From Acidimicrobiales bacterium (GTDB lineage Bacteria; Actinomycetota; Acidimicrobiia; Acidimicrobiales; SZUA-35), in contig JBFHME010000002.1 of the NCBI GenBank assembly GCA_041594435.1, positions 939 to 64,938 on the forward strand: a stretch of 64,000 bases of DNA, read 5' to 3'. The notes under the pieces are model-generated. The model had not been told where the DNA came from, did no database searches, and worked only from the letters and a program-made list of their open reading frames with translations. Below, one piece after another: positions 61,112-64,000 of this stretch (positions within the stretch are counted from its first letter, which is position 1; each line of letters starts with the position of its first letter). A program made the position numbers and the translations under genes.

Positions 61112-61183
61112 GCGCACCCTCGGTGGGGAGCGGCGTCGACGGCCGGGCTTTGAACTGCCGGGGACTTTGGCCACAATGAGAGG

Positions 61184-61966
61184 GTGCTGATCGTTCTCTC
61201 CCCCGCAAAGTCGCTCGACTACGACTCACCGCTGGCCACGTCGAAATCGTCGGAGCCCCGCATGCTCGAGCAGGCCTCCGAGCTGGTCGGCGTCATGGCC
61301 ACCAAGTCGCCCCGCTCGCTGAAGCAGATGATGGGTGTCTCGTCGGATCTGGCCGAGCTCAACCACGAACGCTTCCAGGATTGGGAGGTGCCCTTCCCCG
61401 AGGGCTCGGCCCGCCCGTCGATCCTGGCCTTCAACGGCGACGTCTACACCGGGCTCGACGCCGGATCGTTCAATCAGCGCGACTTCACCCACGCCCAGAA
61501 GGTCCTCCGGATCCTGTCGGGCCTCTACGGCGTGTTGCGCCCGCTCGATCTGATGATGCCGTACCGGCTGGAGATGGGCTCCAAGGTGAAGACGAAGAAG
61601 GGCAAAGACCTCTACACCTTCTGGGGCTCCACCATCACCGACATGTTGAACAGCGACCTGGCGGCCAGCCCCGGCGAGAAGGTACTGGTGAACCTGGCCT
61701 CGAACGAATACTTCAAGTCGATTCGAACCGCTGAGCTGGATGGGCCGGTCGTCTCGCCGGCGTTCCTCGACGCAAAGGGCGACGGCGACTTCCGAACCGT
61801 CAGCTTCTTCGCCAAGAAGGCTCGAGGTTCGATGGCGGCATGGCTCGTGCGGGAGCGCATCACCAACGTCGATCAACTGGCCAAGTTCGACGGGCTGGGA
61901 TACGCCCACGATCCCGAGCGTTCGACCGACGAGCGGCCCGTCTTCACCCGACGCAACCCGGCGTAG
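61184..61966 (+). CDS. yaaA: peroxide stress protein YaaA (UPF0246)
   Basis: The sequence shows MLIVLSPAKSLDYDSP, AFNGDVYTGLDA, LSGLYGVLRPLDLMMPYRLEM and FFAKKARG. Confidence 0.85.
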   Translation: MLIVLSPAKSLDYDSPLATSKSSEPRMLEQASELVGVMATKSPRSLKQMMGVSSDLAELNHERFQDWEVPFPEGSARPSILAFNGDVYTGLDAGSFNQRDFTHAQKVLRILSGLYGVLRPLDLMMPYRLEMGSKVKTKKGKDLYTFWGSTITDMLNSDLAASPGEKVLVNLASNEYFKSIRTAELDGPVVSPAFLDAKGDGDFRTVSFFAKKARGSMAAWLVRERITNVDQLAKFDGLGYAHDPERSTDERPVFTRRNPA

Positions 61967-62019
61967 GACCGGTCGGCCGGCGCGCCGTGAGCCGCCGTCG
62001 CAAGCGACGAGCCATCCCG

Positions 62020-62571
62020 ATGACCGAGATCCAATCCATCCTGCTGCTCGGCGGGGTACGCAGCGGGAAGAGTTCGCTGGCCGTTGCCATCGGTGAGGGC
62101 CGGCGGGGAGCGGTGACCTTCATCGCCACCGCCCGGCCCATCGACGACGACATGGCGGCCCGGATCGACCGGCACCGTCGGGAGCGTCCCGATCATTGGA
62201 CGGTCCTGGAACACCCCGAACTCGATGCCACTGATCTGCCGGGCTCGCCGGACGGCTTGATCATCGTCGACTGCATCACCGTCCTGGTCGCCAACCTGCT
62301 CTACGCCGACCTCGACGACGACAGCGTGATCGAACAGATCGGCCGGCTCGGCCGGGCGCTCGCCGGGAGACCGGCGGTGGTCGTGAGCAACGAGGTCGGC
62401 ATGGGTGTGCACCCGGCCACCGAGCTCGGTCGCCGGTATCGGGACCTCCTCGGCACCGCCAACAAGATCCTGGCGGCATCGCTCGACGCCACCTATCTGG
62501 TGATGGCCGGTCGAGCGCTCCGGCTCGACGACGGTGGCGATATTCTGCACGCCATGGGAGACACGTCATGA
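62020..62571 (+). CDS. cobU: adenosylcobinamide kinase / adenosylcobinamide-phosphate guanylyltransferase
   Basis: I trimmed the start to ATG 62020. The P-loop reads ILLLGGVRSGKSS, followed by RIDRHRRERP..W and VSNEVGMGVHP. Confidence 0.8.
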   Translation: MTEIQSILLLGGVRSGKSSLAVAIGEGRRGAVTFIATARPIDDDMAARIDRHRRERPDHWTVLEHPELDATDLPGSPDGLIIVDCITVLVANLLYADLDDDSVIEQIGRLGRALAGRPAVVVSNEVGMGVHPATELGRRYRDLLGTANKILAASLDATYLVMAGRALRLDDGGDILHAMGDTS

Positions 62572-63686
62572 CGGGACCCGGCACGGGCTCGCACTGGCGG
62601 GAGCGTTTGGTCGCCGAGGTGGCCGCAGCGCCACCGGCCGACGTCGAAAGCCGTCACGCCGTGGCCGAGCGGGTGGCCGACATCCTTCGCCCTGCCGGGG
62701 CACTGGCCCGGCTCGACGAGGTGGCCGTGTGGCTGGCCGGCTGGCAGCGCACCATCACGCCATCGGTGGAACGTCCGGCGGCGATCATCTTCGCCGGAGA
62801 CCACGGCGTGGCGTCGCTGAGCGCCTACCCGCCCGAGGTCACCGGTGCCATGGTTGAGGCGTTCGAGAAGCACCAGGCGTCGATCTCGGCGATGGCCACC
62901 GTGGCCGGAGCATCCGTGACCGTGGTCGACGTCGGGGTCGGCGCTCCCACCGCCGACATCCGGATCGGGCCGGCCATGGACCAAGACCGATTCGAGCGCT
63001 CGCTCGATCGGGGGCGGCAGGCGGTGGCCTCGCTGGCCGACGGTGATGGTGTCGACCTGCTCGTCGTCGGAGAGATGGGGATCGGCAACACCACAGCCGC
63101 TGCCGCCGTCATCTGCGCCCTGCTCGACTGCCCGGCCGACAGGATCGTCGGAAGGGGCACCGGTGTGGACGACGAGGGCTTGGCCGCCAAGGTCGCCGCG
63201 GTGTCCAAGGCTGTGGATCGATTCGACAGGGCGTTGTCGGACCCGGCCGAATCCCGTGCCGGTGGACGGAGCCTACGGGCTCACATCGCCCCGACCACCG
63301 GTGATGCGACAACCGCGCTCGAAGCCCTACGCCACCTGGGCGGGACGGAGCTGGCGGCCATGGCCGGTGCCTTGGTCGAAGCCCGCTGCCGCTCGCTACC
63401 GGTGCTGCTCGACGGCTTCGTGGTCGGAGCGTCGGCCATGGTTGTTCACCATCTGCATCCCGAGGCGTCGCGTCACCTGTGGGCCGGTCATCGGTCGGCG
63501 GAGCACGGCCACCAGGCCGTTCTCGATCATCTCGAACTCCGCCCGCTGCTCGATCTCGACCTCCGGCTCGGGGAGGCGTCGGGGGCGATGGCCGCTGTGC
63601 CGCTGGTGCGGATGGCGTGCGCGCTCGTCTCCGACGTTCCGACCTTCGCCGAATGGTTCGGTCCCACCCTCGCCGAGAAGACGTGA
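62568..63686 (+). CDS. cobT: nicotinate-nucleotide--dimethylbenzimidazole phosphoribosyltransferase
   Basis: The sequence shows FAGDHGV, VGEMGIGNTTAAAAV and GEASGA. Its start overlaps the cobU stop (ATGA). Confidence 0.85.
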   Translation: MTGPGTGSHWRERLVAEVAAAPPADVESRHAVAERVADILRPAGALARLDEVAVWLAGWQRTITPSVERPAAIIFAGDHGVASLSAYPPEVTGAMVEAFEKHQASISAMATVAGASVTVVDVGVGAPTADIRIGPAMDQDRFERSLDRGRQAVASLADGDGVDLLVVGEMGIGNTTAAAAVICALLDCPADRIVGRGTGVDDEGLAAKVAAVSKAVDRFDRALSDPAESRAGGRSLRAHIAPTTGDATTALEALRHLGGTELAAMAGALVEARCRSLPVLLDGFVVGASAMVVHHLHPEASRHLWAGHRSAEHGHQAVLDHLELRPLLDLDLRLGEASGAMAAVPLVRMACALVSDVPTFAEWFGPTLAEKT

Positions 63687-63693
63687 GGTCGGG

Positions 63694-64000
63694 TTGACGG
63701 CCGGACTTCGCACCGCTGTCGGATTCCTGACCCGCCTTCCCATGGGCGAAACCGAGGGGGTGCTGGCCCGCGCCGTCGGCTGGTTCCCGACGGTCGGGGC
63801 CATGATCGGTCTGGCCCAGGGCTTGGTTCTGGTTGTCGCCGCGCGGTTCGTCGATCCGCTGCTGGCCGCCGCACTCTCGGTGGCCGCCTCGACCCTGATC
63901 ACCGGTGCCTTTCACCTTGACGGGATCGCCGACGTGGCCGACGCGTTCGGTGGCGGATGGACCCGCGAACAGCGTCTGGCCATCCTCAAGGACTCCCGAC
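63694..64000 (+). CDS. cobS: adenosylcobinamide-GDP ribazoletransferase, 3' end off the right edge
   Basis: My own translation from TTG 63694 reads LTAGLRTAVGFLTRLPMGE...FPTVGAMIGL...LITGAFHLDGIADVADAFGGGWTREQRLAILKDSR. The gene is not in the track because it has no stop in the window. Confidence 0.75.
   Translation, partial: MTAGLRTAVGFLTRLPMGETEGVLARAVGWFPTVGAMIGLAQGLVLVVAARFVDPLLAAALSVAASTLITGAFHLDGIADVADAFGGGWTREQRLAILKDSR

Overview
This is a GC-rich, gene-dense chromosomal segment with about 60 protein genes and one tRNA. I saw no rRNA, CRISPR array, transposase, integrase or phage genes. The gene content looks actinobacterial: a WhiB-family regulator, a GlnR-like orphan regulator beside GSII and GSI genes, an F420-type LLM oxidoreductase, an Rv3679/Rv3680-like ArsA-type ATPase pair, many GTG starts, and many 4-nt ATGA/GTGA start/stop overlaps. 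This lineage call is an inference; no search was run. Most genes are core functions:
- NAD synthesis: nadE.
- Nitrogen assimilation: glnII, glnA, a glnR-like gene and gdh.
- Translation: serS.
- Fe-S cluster handling: mrp and erpA.
- Selenocysteine machinery: selA and selB.
- Aspartate pathway: ask and asd.
- B12-related genes: a fused acyl-CoA mutase and cobU-cobT-cobS.
- Regulators: two TetR, one LysR, one ECF sigma with a ZAS anti-sigma, one histidine kinase/response regulator pair, a STAS protein, a CheY-like protein and a degenerate GGDEF protein.

The ORF track contains many long shadow or antisense ORFs, which is typical of high-GC DNA. I called one frame per locus from recognisable motifs, ribosome-binding sites and gene coupling, and I trimmed many starts. 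Two edge genes are missing from the track because they run off the window: an amidase at the left edge and cobS at the right edge.

I found no clear novel system. The items most worth a second look are:
- A tandem pair of secreted coiled-coil proteins ending in an M15/VanY-type peptidase domain.
- A secreted protein built from two ~85-aa repeats flanked by His/Arg patches.
- An ECF sigma/ZAS module flanked by two MscS/TM-helix membrane proteins.
- A 499-nt gap between mrp and erpA that holds a small Cys-containing ORF with a strong Shine-Dalgarno sequence, plus palindromes.
- A selA-selB pair with no selC, selD or TGA-containing target gene in the window.
- Several apparently degenerate enzyme-like proteins (MBL fold, GGDEF, mini xanthine-dehydrogenase fusion, orphan NuoF-like).
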